Assembly: GCA_965221165.1 (NCBI GenBank)
Contig: CBDCRP010000002.1
Span: forward strand, 1,216,001 to 1,280,000
Reading direction: 5' to 3'
Length of the DNA: 64,000 nucleotides
Origin: a bacterium
Lineage (GTDB): Bacteria > UBA8248
Below the pieces are notes generated by a model. The model was given only the letters and a program-made list of their open reading frames with translations. It ran no database searches and was not told where the DNA came from. The position numbers and the translations under genes were made by a program. Every line of letters begins with the position of its first letter. Position 1 is the first letter of the stretch. This document shows positions 48,482 to 57,638 of the stretch, piece after piece.

Positions 48482-48729
48482 CTATTCGCTCAAAACCTTG
48501 TCGGCCCACTCCACCAGGGTTGCGGCGTCACGAAACGCGCGTTCTTGCCTTCCAGGTCGGCTTCTACGACCGCACGGGCCCGCGCACACGCCGTTCATAT
48601 GTGGACGGGAATCTCATGCTCCACCGTCTGCGCCATCGTTTCTCTCAAAGGCGGCCTGCCGACGGGCGTCACCGCGTTCATTACCGCGTCTTGCATCAGG
48701 TGCACCGTGTACCCCCCCTCACACCCCAT
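48482..48729 (-). pseudogene. DsrE-like UxxC candidate selenoprotein remnant
   Basis: VHLMQDAVMNAVTPVGRPPLRETMAQTVEHEIPVHI-TGA(48595-48597)-TACARARAVVEADLEGKNARFVTPQ, then a frame change to LVEWADKVLSE-TAG; N-terminus appears to be missing. Confidence 0.7.
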
Positions 48730-49002
48730 AAAGGGGAAATTTCCGCATAACCTTATATATATCAACAGGATAAATTTTCAGATATTTTCAGAATTTTTCA
48801 GAATTTTTCGCGATTTTTCACTTATTTATCGAAATTCTCCTCGTCCCGAGCGAACCGCCGCGCTTCGCCGCCATACCCGCTCTCTCCTTTCATCCCCCCA
48901 CCGCAAATGCGGGCAAATGCGGATTCATCTTGACGGGGCGGGTCCCGAAAATAGATCGGCCCGACCGATGAGGGGGCGGCCATGCCCCAACGGTTGAAGG
49001 AA

Positions 49003-49283
49003 TCACTCCCCCCTTGAGGGGGTTGTTGAATATATGGTCACCTTCGTTTTTCGCCGTAGCAGCGGCCCCTCCCAGGCGCCGCCCCACAGACCCGTGTGTC
49101 CGCCCACAAAAGGAAACACCCACCGACGCGGCGAAGACCGGTAGGGACGGGCCCCTGCGCCTGTCCTGAGCGTATCCAGCCTGACAAGGGACAACCACGG
49201 GGGGCAAGGACAACCCGGAGGGGTTGTGGGGCGACCCCGAGGAGGGGTTGTGGGGCGACCCCGAGGAGGGGTTGTCCCTACGG
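49003..49283. repeat. Mosaic REP/BIME-like cluster
   Basis: GTAGGGACGGG..CCTGTCC at 49141; CCCTACG at 49276; 24-bp unit GGAGGGGTTGTGGGGCGACCCCGA x2.4 from 49217; MITE-end-like GGGGTTGTTGAA near 49019. Confidence 0.65.
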
Positions 49284-49288
49284 CATTC

Positions 49289-49384
49289 CGGCAAACCCTC
49301 CTTTCCCAGTCGGCAAACCCTCCTTTCCCAGTCGGCAAACCCTCCTTTCTCAGTCGGCAAACCCTCCCTTCCCAGTCGGGTTTG
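49289..49384 (+). repeat. 22-bp tandem repeat x4, ending in a hairpin
   Basis: CGGCAAACCCTCCTTTCCCAGT units at 49289, 49311, 49333 and 49355. Confidence 0.9.
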
Positions 49385-49388
49385 ACCC

Positions 49389-50561
49389 TCAATCCCGGAA
49401 CACGTTCAACTTCACGCCCCGCAGCGCCTCGGCGGGGCCGGCGCGGGTTTCGCGCTGGATTCTCACCTCTCCCCGGTAAGCTCCGGGCGTCCAGCCGGTC
49501 TTCGAGCGCTTGCCGATAGCCCGCCAGATGCGGATGCGGTGCTTGCGGATCGATTCCTCCTTTCCGGCGAGCACTCCGCCGTCCGGTCCCAAGAGACGCA
49601 GGGAGATGAAATCGCCCGGCATGAGCCCTGCGACCTCCGCCCAGAAGATCAGCGCGGGTGATGAGGCCGGAAGCGACTTCGCGCCCAAGGCGCCTGTGCG
49701 GACCTCCTGCGTCGTGGGCAGATGATCCGCAAACCCCATGTGATAGGGAATCCCCGATAAGTAGCGCAGCTTCTCCAGAACCTCGCGACGCCAGAGCGGC
49801 GCTCGCCCTAAGTCGCACTCCCCGCCCCCCTCGACACCGACGAACGGGTCGACGACGCGGCCTTTTTTTTCGACCGAGATGTGTAGATGCGGAAATTCCG
49901 TGCGCCCCGAGAGACCGACCGCGCCGATGCGCTCGCCCGCGCGCACCGAGTCGCCCCGCCGGACCGATAAGCTCCCGCGCTTCATATGGCAATACTGGGT
50001 ATGCCAGCCGCCGCCATGGTCGACCCGCACGCCGTTGCCGCACTCTTTTCCCTTTACGGCGGCGCGGCCTATGCGGCGCACGCTTATATCCCGCATTCCG
50101 TCGCGCACGCCGAGCACCCTGCCGTCGGCGGCGGCGCGCACCGGAATCCGCTCGTTCAACATCCCGGTGTGCGCGAACGCGATGTCGGTGCCCTTGTGCG
50201 CATCGTAGCTCATCCGGCCACAGGCGAAATCGGCGTATCCCGTCCCCGGGTCCGTGTCGACATAGTTGAAAACCCAGCAATCGACCCCCGGCTCGCAATC
50301 TACCGGCAGCGAAAGCGGGAGGGGCGAGCGTCCGAATTCCCGCCCGGTGAGATCATGGGCGGGGATGGCCTCGGGCGCAAGCGCGCGCCTTGCCGCCGCA
50401 TGAGCGGGGGTCCGGCCCTGCGCCCCTTTCGGCTTCGCCCTTTCTCTTGAGGCCACCTGCGGCCCTTTGACGAGGAGCAGGTCGAATTCGTAAATCCCCC
50501 ATAAGGCGAGGGAGGCGAGAACCAGGGTCAAGACCATATTGATGAGCAGCATGCGGACCAA
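49389..50561 (-). CDS. M23 family metallopeptidase
   Basis: HKGTD, V.AAA.G.V, CGNGV..DH, Y.HM, G.SG.T..PHLH. Confidence 0.9.
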   Translation of the reverse strand: MVRMLLINMVLTLVLASLALWGIYEFDLLLVKGPQVASRERAKPKGAQGRTPAHAAARRALAPEAIPAHDLTGREFGRSPLPLSLPVDCEPGVDCWVFNYVDTDPGTGYADFACGRMSYDAHKGTDIAFAHTGMLNERIPVRAAADGRVLGVRDGMRDISVRRIGRAAVKGKECGNGVRVDHGGGWHTQYCHMKRGSLSVRRGDSVRAGERIGAVGLSGRTEFPHLHISVEKKGRVVDPFVGVEGGGECDLGRAPLWRREVLEKLRYLSGIPYHMGFADHLPTTQEVRTGALGAKSLPASSPALIFWAEVAGLMPGDFISLRLLGPDGGVLAGKEESIRKHRIRIWRAIGKRSKTGWTPGAYRGEVRIQRETRAGPAEALRGVKLNVFRD

Positions 50562-50878
50562 CGCTCAGACCTCCACCGTCCGGGGACTCTCGATGAGCGT
50601 TTCCATGACGGCGACCTCCCCGTGTAAGAGCTACCCACGAAAACGAACGGCTCAGGCTGAAAGTACGGCGCAGGCGGCAGGCTCCGAACCCCTCGCGAGG
50701 AGCGACGCGTCAGAACTGAAAATAGCACCGCCGCGCGGGTCTCGCCAATGGGGTGTGTGGACAGGAGGCCGCATTTTTTCTTAGTATCTCCCTAAAGAAA
50801 AAAAGAAAGCATGCATCGTTTACCACGAACTCAAAAAGCTGGGTCGGACGAGAGCCGAAACCCGCAAGGGAGGGGAGG

Positions 50879-53800
50879 ATGATGCATCTTCACTGGATGA
50901 AACCGGCGGCGCTGGCGGCGCTGATCGTCATGGCCGCGTCTTGTAAGACGCTCGATGAAGGCTCCGCTCCCGGAACGACGGAACCCCCGATGGCCGCCGC
51001 GCCCGCCGAGACGGGGACCGCGAATTGCGATGCCTGGAACACGCGAGACTTCTTCGGAGCCGCGACACTCGAGAGCGTAACCAATTGCCTCAATGCGGGC
51101 GCAGACCCGAACGCGCGGAATGAATTGGGTTTTACCCCTTTGCATGTCGCGGCGGAATACAACAAGAGCCCCGCCGTCGCCGCCGCGCTGATCAAGGCGG
51201 GAGCAGACCCCGACGCGCGGAACAAATTTGGCGAGACTCCTCTCGATTGGGCCGAATTCAGCGACAACCCCGCCGTGGCCGCCTTGCTCAAAAAAGCCGC
51301 CGGAGTGGCGGATGCACAGGCGGGCAAGCCCAAGCCTGCGCCCAAGAAGGTCAGCGCCGAAAAGAGATTGACGCGCTCCGCCGAGGCTCCGGCCAAAGAA
51401 ACGAAAGCCGAAGCGCGCCGCGCATCGGCGGCTTCGGGAAAAGAAAAAACCGCCGCCGCGAATTGTGGTGGCTGGAACACACCTGCCTTTTGGCAAACCG
51501 CGACACCGGAGCACGTTTTGGCTTGTCTCAAAGCCGGCGCAGACCCCAACGCGAAGGACGAAAAAGGCTATACCCCCCTGCATGAGGCGGCATGGTCGAA
51601 CGAAAACTCCGCCGTCATCGCCGCATTGCTCAAGGCGGGCGCAGACCCCAACGCGAGGAACAATCTAGGCAATACCCCCCTGCGTGCAGCGGCCAACAAC
51701 ACAAACCCCGCCGTCCTCGCCTTGCTCAAGAAAGCCGCCGGCGAGACGGGCTTACAAGTAAGCAAACCCAAACTTGCTCCTCGGAAGGTGAGCGCTGCGA
51801 AGAGCATGGCGCTCGCAGCCAAGACTCCGACCAAAGAAACGAAGACCGGGGTGAGACGCGCATCGGCGGCTTCGGGAAAAGAAAAAACCGCCGCCGCGAA
51901 TTGCGGTGACTGGAACACATGGGACTTTTTCCGGACCGCGACAGTCAATGCATTAAGTGAATGCCTGAAAGGCGGGGCAGACCCGAACGCGAGGGATGAA
52001 GACGGTATTACCCCCCTGCATTGGGCGGCTATGAGCGAAAACCCCGAGGTCATCGTCGAGTTGGTGAAAGCCGGGGCAGACCCGAACACGAAGAACAAGA
52101 ACGCTGAAACCCCCCTGTATGAGGCGGCCGGGAACGAGAACATCGCCATCACCGCCGCCCTGTTGAAAGCCGGCGCCGATCCGTTAGTGCGGAGCAAATG
52201 GGGTTTTACCCCCCTGGAAAGGGCGTCCTCCAGAAAGAACCTCGCCGTCGCCGCCTTGCTGAAGAAATCGTGGTCCAAAAGGGGCAAGACCCCCCCGTCC
52301 CCCATCCACGAAAAACCTACGCCGCTTCATGTGGCGGCGAGGAAGGGCAACGCCGAGAAGATCCAGGCGCTGTTGAAGGCCGGGGCCGACGTCAACGCGA
52401 GGATGGTTTCGCTGGGAAGTTACCCCAGGCCGCTTCACATGGCGGCGGCTCATGGCCACGTCGGGGCAGTCAAGGCCCTGTTGAAGGCCGGGGCCGACAT
52501 CGATGCAAAGGACAAAGAGACACGGTACGGAAATACGGCGCTTCAATGGGCGATACGGTCTAATCGTGTCGGAGTAGTCAAGGCGCTGTTGAAGGCCGGG
52601 GCCGACATCGATGCCGTTCCGCTTCCACTTCATACGGCGGTCTGGGAGGGCTCCGCCAGTTTAATCGAGGTGCTGTTGAAGGCCGGGGTCGACGTCAACA
52701 AGAAAAACCGTAATGGCTTAACGCCGCTTTACTTGGCGAAAAAATATGGCCATGTCGAGGCGATCGAGGCGTTGCGGAGGGCTGGCGCGGGCGAGAAGAG
52801 GTTGGTTGCGAGGACGCTGCACGATGCTGCCGCCTTCGGCGACGTGAAAAGAATAGAGGCGCTGTTGAAGGCCGGGGCCAAAGTCAACGCGAAGGGTTTC
52901 GACGGTCGGACGCCGCTTCATGACGCTGCGAAAAATGGCCATGTCGGAACAATCAAGATGCTGTTGAAGGCCGGGGCCGATGTCAACGCGAAGGGTTTCG
53001 GCACGCCGCTTCATGACGCTGCGGGAAATGGCCATGGCGCGGCGGTCGAGACACTCATGAAGGCCGGGGCCGATACAAATGCGAAGAACCAAAGCGGCAT
53101 GACACCGCTTATAGTGGCGGCATACAAGGGCGATACCCGTGTCATCGAGACGCTCGTGAATGCCGGAGCCGACGTGAATGAGAGGTGGAAATACAACAAG
53201 AACGGACCCCTTCACATAGCGGCAGAGAAAGGCCATGCCGGAGCAATCGAAGCGCTATTGAAAGCCGGGGCCGACATCGATGCAAAGGGTCCGTACGGAA
53301 AGACGTCGCTTCACATGTCGGCGGAAGAAGGCCACGTCGAAGCGGTTAGAGCGCTGCTCGAAGCAGGCGCGGACGTCAATGCGCAAACAAGTGAGGACTC
53401 TTTTGGTAAAACACCGCTTAAGCTGGCGAAAAAGAAGGGCCGCGCCAGGGTCGTCCGCGTGCTGAGAAGCGCCGGTGGAAACGAATTGAACAAATACCAG
53501 TTGGCGCTGAAAGCCAAAAGAGAAGACCTGGCGCGCAGAAGAGCCGAATCGCGCGCGCGCTCGTCCAGGTCGTCTCCCTCCTATTCATCCAGCCCGAGCC
53601 GCTCCTACTCGCAATCGAGGAGCGGCCTGTTCGGGAGCGGGGGGTCGGGCGCTCGGGCGCTGCGGCAGTTGGACGCGACCATCGCGCGGGAGAGGGCGCA
53701 AAGGCGCAGGGAGCAGGAACGGCGCAACGCGAGAATCAAGGAAGAGAACAGACGAAGGCAGGCGGCCTACAGAAGACAGCAGGAGCGCGCCAGACGAAGG

Positions 53801-54511
53801 CGCGAGGAAGCGAGAAGGCGGCAGGAGGAGAACAGGAGACGGGCGCAGGAGGCCATAAGGCGACAGGCGGAGACCCTCAAACAGGCCGAATACAAACGAC
53901 GGCAGAAAGAGGAGAGAAGGCAGGCGGAAGCCGGGAGACGGGCCGAAGAAGTCAGACGCAGAGAGCAGGCGCGCCTGCGGGAGGCGGCCAGACGACGGCA
54001 GAAAGAGGCGAGAAGGCGGGCGGAATACAAAAGGCGGCAAGAAGAGGCCCGCAGACAAGCCGCCCGCCGACGGCAGAAGCAACTACAAGCCCAACGCAGG
54101 CGACAAGCGCAAAATCAAATGGCAAAGCTGCGGCGGATCCAGCAGGAAGGAGCGCGACGAAGGCAGCAAAAGCAACGGCAACAGGAAGTCAAACGCCAGG
54201 CGGACATCGCGCGTATATTGAATTGGGACAAGAAAGACTGCGATAAAATCGAGGAAAAGGCGGACCGCGCCGTGGACTTCGTTTGTAATTTCGTAAAAAA
54301 CAACGATCCCCGTGAGTGCGGCATCGTGCGGGAAAACCGCAGACGACTCGTCAAATGGTGCAAACATAATATCTCGAGATGTCTCGGCAGAAAGCGCGCA
54401 TTCATGGAACAGGCGCTCAGGGCCGGCAACCACTCCCATGCTCTGGGCGCCGTGCGAGGATACCTGAAAGGAGTCATGGGCCAGGAATGGGAGGCGAAAT
54501 GCACCCACTAG
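50879..54511 (+). CDS. Ankyrin-repeat lipoprotein with an R/E/Q/A coiled coil and a Cys-rich C-terminal domain
   Basis: Lipobox-like MAASC; many TPLH.AA..G....V..LLKAGADVNA repeats; low-complexity charged helix. Confidence 0.9.
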   Translation: MMHLHWMKPAALAALIVMAASCKTLDEGSAPGTTEPPMAAAPAETGTANCDAWNTRDFFGAATLESVTNCLNAGADPNARNELGFTPLHVAAEYNKSPAVAAALIKAGADPDARNKFGETPLDWAEFSDNPAVAALLKKAAGVADAQAGKPKPAPKKVSAEKRLTRSAEAPAKETKAEARRASAASGKEKTAAANCGGWNTPAFWQTATPEHVLACLKAGADPNAKDEKGYTPLHEAAWSNENSAVIAALLKAGADPNARNNLGNTPLRAAANNTNPAVLALLKKAAGETGLQVSKPKLAPRKVSAAKSMALAAKTPTKETKTGVRRASAASGKEKTAAANCGDWNTWDFFRTATVNALSECLKGGADPNARDEDGITPLHWAAMSENPEVIVELVKAGADPNTKNKNAETPLYEAAGNENIAITAALLKAGADPLVRSKWGFTPLERASSRKNLAVAALLKKSWSKRGKTPPSPIHEKPTPLHVAARKGNAEKIQALLKAGADVNARMVSLGSYPRPLHMAAAHGHVGAVKALLKAGADIDAKDKETRYGNTALQWAIRSNRVGVVKALLKAGADIDAVPLPLHTAVWEGSASLIEVLLKAGVDVNKKNRNGLTPLYLAKKYGHVEAIEALRRAGAGEKRLVARTLHDAAAFGDVKRIEALLKAGAKVNAKGFDGRTPLHDAAKNGHVGTIKMLLKAGADVNAKGFGTPLHDAAGNGHGAAVETLMKAGADTNAKNQSGMTPLIVAAYKGDTRVIETLVNAGADVNERWKYNKNGPLHIAAEKGHAGAIEALLKAGADIDAKGPYGKTSLHMSAEEGHVEAVRALLEAGADVNAQTSEDSFGKTPLKLAKKKGRARVVRVLRSAGGNELNKYQLALKAKREDLARRRAESRARSSRSSPSYSSSPSRSYSQSRSGLFGSGGSGARALRQLDATIARERAQRRREQERRNARIKEENRRRQAAYRRQQERARRRREEARRRQEENRRRAQEAIRRQAETLKQAEYKRRQKEERRQAEAGRRAEEVRRREQARLREAARRRQKEARRRAEYKRRQEEARRQAARRRQKQLQAQRRRQAQNQMAKLRRIQQEGARRRQQKQRQQEVKRQADIARILNWDKKDCDKIEEKADRAVDFVCNFVKNNDPRECGIVRENRRRLVKWCKHNISRCLGRKRAFMEQALRAGNHSHALGAVRGYLKGVMGQEWEAKCTH

Positions 54512-54641
54512 CGCGCCTGGGCGATATTTCGCCTCGCCGGGCGGGGGTGGATACGGGTGTTTCGATTAGGGGTCGGGGTTTCCTCCCACGTCGCGCGAGA
54601 TTTTCATCCACTCCCCCTTGAGGGTCAATTCCGACCAATAC

Positions 54642-55042
54642 GGGGTTGTTGAAAAACCCGGCCCTGGGAGCGAGCGCGTTCCCCTCGTCTTGCATGCCGC
54701 CGTATCGACCTCACCCTGAGTAGCCGCCGAAGGTCAAACGCGACTGAGAAAGGAGCGTTTGTATCGAAGGGCCCCGTTTGACCCTCCCTCCTCGGTAGGG
54801 TCAAACCCTCGATACGGCGCGCGAGCGCGCCTACTCGGGATGAGGGAGGTATTCGCCGCCAGGGCGGCGAATACGTCGCGGGTCAAACGCGAGTGAGGAA
54901 TGAGTGTTTGACGCGAGTGATGAATGTCAAATCCGAGTGAGGAGCGAGGATTTGTTTGCCGACCGACGAGGGTGGTATTACGTGCAAGGGCGGCGAATGC
55001 GCCGCAGGCATTTTTCCCTTGAGGGGGTTTTTCAACAACCCC
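54642..55042. mobile_element. Non-autonomous MITE, 401 bp
   Basis: Perfect 18-bp TIRs GGGGTTGTTGAAAAACCC (54642-54659) and GGGTTTTTCAACAACCCC (55025-55042); AATAC duplicated at 54637-54641 and 55043-55047. Confidence 0.8.
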
Positions 55043-55313
55043 AATACGGGGGGATTGCGCACCCAAAACCCGCCCGTTTTTTAGCTTTTTTCACGATAAT
55101 TTTATGATATCGCGGGAATGGATCGCTGATGGGTCGGGAAAGCGCAAGAGCGCATCAGCCCGCATTTGCCGTTATCGGGCTTGGCCTCTCTTGCGGCAGA
55201 ATGCGCCCGCGTGTCAGGGTTCCCACGAAAGCCTGAAAAACTGAAAATTTCGATAAATAACCGAAAATAAAAAACGGGCCGAGTCGCCCAGTGCGCCTCC
55301 GCCCATCGCGCGC

Positions 55314-55541
55314 TCAGGGGCCGGGGTAGGCTTCGGGTGGCTTCGCGTCGTCGCGTGATTTCTTTGCTTTTATCCGGTTCCTGGCGACGATGGAATCGTC
55401 CTTGAGCCGGGCGATCTGATCTTCCTCGTCATCCGCGCGCCCGTAGGCGTTACCCTTCTCGAACGCCAGCCTGCCGAACAGGCGGTTCAGGTTATTGCGC
55501 GCGGCCTCTTCGTCTTCGGCATCCTTTCTTCGATTCTTCAT
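55314..55541 (-). CDS. Small hypothetical protein
   Basis: 75-aa ORF with an AGAGGAG RBS, co-oriented with the upstream operon; no recognised motif. Confidence 0.45.
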   Translation of the reverse strand: MKNRRKDAEDEEAARNNLNRLFGRLAFEKGNAYGRADDEEDQIARLKDDSIVARNRIKAKKSRDDAKPPEAYPGP

Positions 55542-55579
55542 GTCTCCTCTCCTCTATTTTCTCAAGCTAAGCCGACAGA

Positions 55580-56707
55580 TTACAGGATTCGCCATCTCTC
55601 GCCTATCGCCATCATCTTCACGCGGCCGGCGTCGGCGCCCGTTTTCTCCATGTGCGCCTTAAGGACCTTGGGCGGATAGTCGATGGGCTCATCCGTCAGA
55701 TCGAACGTCCCCCAGTGCATGGGAATCATCCAGCGCGCGCCCAGATCGCCAAACGCCCTTAAGCCCTCGGCGGGATTCATGTGGGAATAGCGCATCATCC
55801 ACCGGGGCTCGTAGGCGCCGATGGAGAGCATCGCCGCGTCTACCGGGCCGAATTTGCGGCCATATTCCCTGAAACCCTGAAAATAGCCGCTGTCGCCACC
55901 ATGAAAATACCGGCGCGCGCCGGTATCGATGAGCCAGGAGCACCAAAGCGTCGAGTCCCTGGCCATCCCGAAGCGGTTCGACCAGTGCTGCGCAGGCAGG
56001 CAGGTGAGGCGCACGCCCCCGTGCTGCGCGCTTTCCCACCAATCGAGTTCCACGGCGCGCCGGCCGAGTGATTCCACGAAAGCGCCCAGGCCCTTCGGCA
56101 CGAACCATGCGACGTCCTCGGGCAGGTTCTCTATCGTCCAGGAATCGAGATGATCGTAATGGTTGTGGGATATCGTCGCCACGGCGCCCCCCGGAATCGA
56201 GGCCGCAGGCACGCCCGGCGGCTGGTGGCGTCCATGCCAAAAAGCCCGCCCGCCTAAGTGCGGGTCCGTCAGGATGACGCTCGGGCCATCCTGAATGATA
56301 AAACCGCAATGCCCGATCCAGGTGATGGAAGACTCTTCGTCCGGCCTCGATAGATACGCGCCATCGTTGGAAACGACGGGAACACCGGGCGTTTCGCCGT
56401 TTTTCATCTTTGCGAATTCATTGCGGTATAGTAATTTCCATTTCCAGAAATTGACCCGCGAACCCGGATTCGGCCACCAGGGATTAAACCACGCCCCCGG
56501 CTCGCCATGCGGCCAATACAGGGATTCCGCCTCGCGGGAAACAAGACCCTGCGTTTCAGGAGGCGGCGACGACGGCGCCTTGATTCCCAAACCCATCCGC
56601 GCGCACCCTCCCGCCAGCCCCAAGGCGCCCAGGCCCACCAGGCCTGCGCGCTTGAGAAACTTTCGTCTGCCGATTTTCGGTTTCATCACAACCTGCGTGG
56701 CGGCCAT
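55580..56707 (-). CDS. MBL-fold hydrolase (NAPE-PLD/RomA-like), Tat lipoprotein signal
   Basis: GRRKFLK..LAGGC; TWIGH, SHNHYDHLD, PAQHWS, GDSGY, IGAYEP, HWGTF. Confidence 0.88.
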   Translation of the reverse strand: MAATQVVMKPKIGRRKFLKRAGLVGLGALGLAGGCARMGLGIKAPSSPPPETQGLVSREAESLYWPHGEPGAWFNPWWPNPGSRVNFWKWKLLYRNEFAKMKNGETPGVPVVSNDGAYLSRPDEESSITWIGHCGFIIQDGPSVILTDPHLGGRAFWHGRHQPPGVPAASIPGGAVATISHNHYDHLDSWTIENLPEDVAWFVPKGLGAFVESLGRRAVELDWWESAQHGGVRLTCLPAQHWSNRFGMARDSTLWCSWLIDTGARRYFHGGDSGYFQGFREYGRKFGPVDAAMLSIGAYEPRWMMRYSHMNPAEGLRAFGDLGARWMIPMHWGTFDLTDEPIDYPPKVLKAHMEKTGADAGRVKMMAIGERWRIL

Positions 56708-56737
56708 TCAAATATCCCGCGGCCTCGGGACGAAAAA

Positions 56738-57610
56738 TCAAGCAAGCGCCTCATACCAGTCCGCAATGGCCCGGCCCATCTCATCGGGTGAGTCCTCATG
56801 GCAATAATGAAGCCCGGAAACCGTTGCCTCTTTCACGTTCGGCCAGCCACGAACCATCGTCCGGTGCTCTCCCACGAGGACGGCCCCAGGGTCTGAGTTG
56901 ATGAAAAGTTTCGGAACCGGGTGCTTGCCAAGCCAGGCGTTGTTGCGCTCGATGATTTCGAGAACGTCCGCAGGCTCCCCCTCGATGGGGATCTCGCGCG
57001 GCCACGTGAGCGTGGGCCTTCTCGCTTCGCCGGGATTTTTGTAGGGCCTCCTGTACTCATCGTGAATTTCCTTAGGAACCTCGCGGATGACCATGGCGGG
57101 CAGAATTTTCTCCACGAAGAAATTTTGCTCCAAAACGAGTTCCTCGCCCTCCTCGCTGCGAAACCTCTTGAAAAGGGCCTGAACGTCCGGCGGCCAATGG
57201 CTCCACTCGAAATTACCGACGACCCCCTGGCATATCACGACGCCCTTGAGCTTATCCCGTATATCCGCCGCCCACGTGAAGCCGAGCTGCGCGCCCCAGT
57301 CGTGCGTGACGATGGTGACGTTCTCCTTCACCCCCAGGGCATCCATCAGCGCGTTGGTGAACGGCTGGTGATCGGCCAGGCGGTACATGGAGCTGGCGAG
57401 TTTCTCGGAATCGCCCTGCCCGATATTGTCTATCGCGATGCAGCGGCCCAACGCCTCGACGTGCGGCATCACGTTGCGCCACATGTAGGACGAAGTGATG
57501 TTGCCGTGAAAAAAGACGATCGGGTCCCCTTCGCCCGCTTCCACATAGGCCATCTTCTTGCCCAAAACTTCCGCGAATTTTTTCTCATACCTCATGCGAG
57601 GCTCTATCAT
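56738..57610 (-). CDS. Haloalkane dehalogenase-like hydrolase (HLD-II, DhaA/LinB type)
   Basis: HGN.TSSY.WRNV.P, HDWG, RRPTLTWPREIP, PKLFIN..PG, GLH...EDSP. Confidence 0.85.
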   Translation of the reverse strand: MIEPRMRYEKKFAEVLGKKMAYVEAGEGDPIVFFHGNITSSYMWRNVMPHVEALGRCIAIDNIGQGDSEKLASSMYRLADHQPFTNALMDALGVKENVTIVTHDWGAQLGFTWAADIRDKLKGVVICQGVVGNFEWSHWPPDVQALFKRFRSEEGEELVLEQNFFVEKILPAMVIREVPKEIHDEYRRPYKNPGEARRPTLTWPREIPIEGEPADVLEIIERNNAWLGKHPVPKLFINSDPGAVLVGEHRTMVRGWPNVKEATVSGLHYCHEDSPDEMGRAIADWYEALA

Positions 57611-57638
57611 CACTTCCTCATCCCATTCGAATCCGGAT

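Noticed and set aside
48375-48997. Plus-strand ORFs in the gap after dctM
   Set aside because: No recognisable protein; better explained by the minus-strand DsrE remnant and repeats
49217-49384. Possible CRISPR array
   Set aside because: Units are head-to-tail with no unique spacers, and there are no cas genes in the window
54734-55107. Short ORFs inside the MITE as a transposase remnant
   Set aside because: No DDE or HUH motifs; the sequence is palindromic repeats
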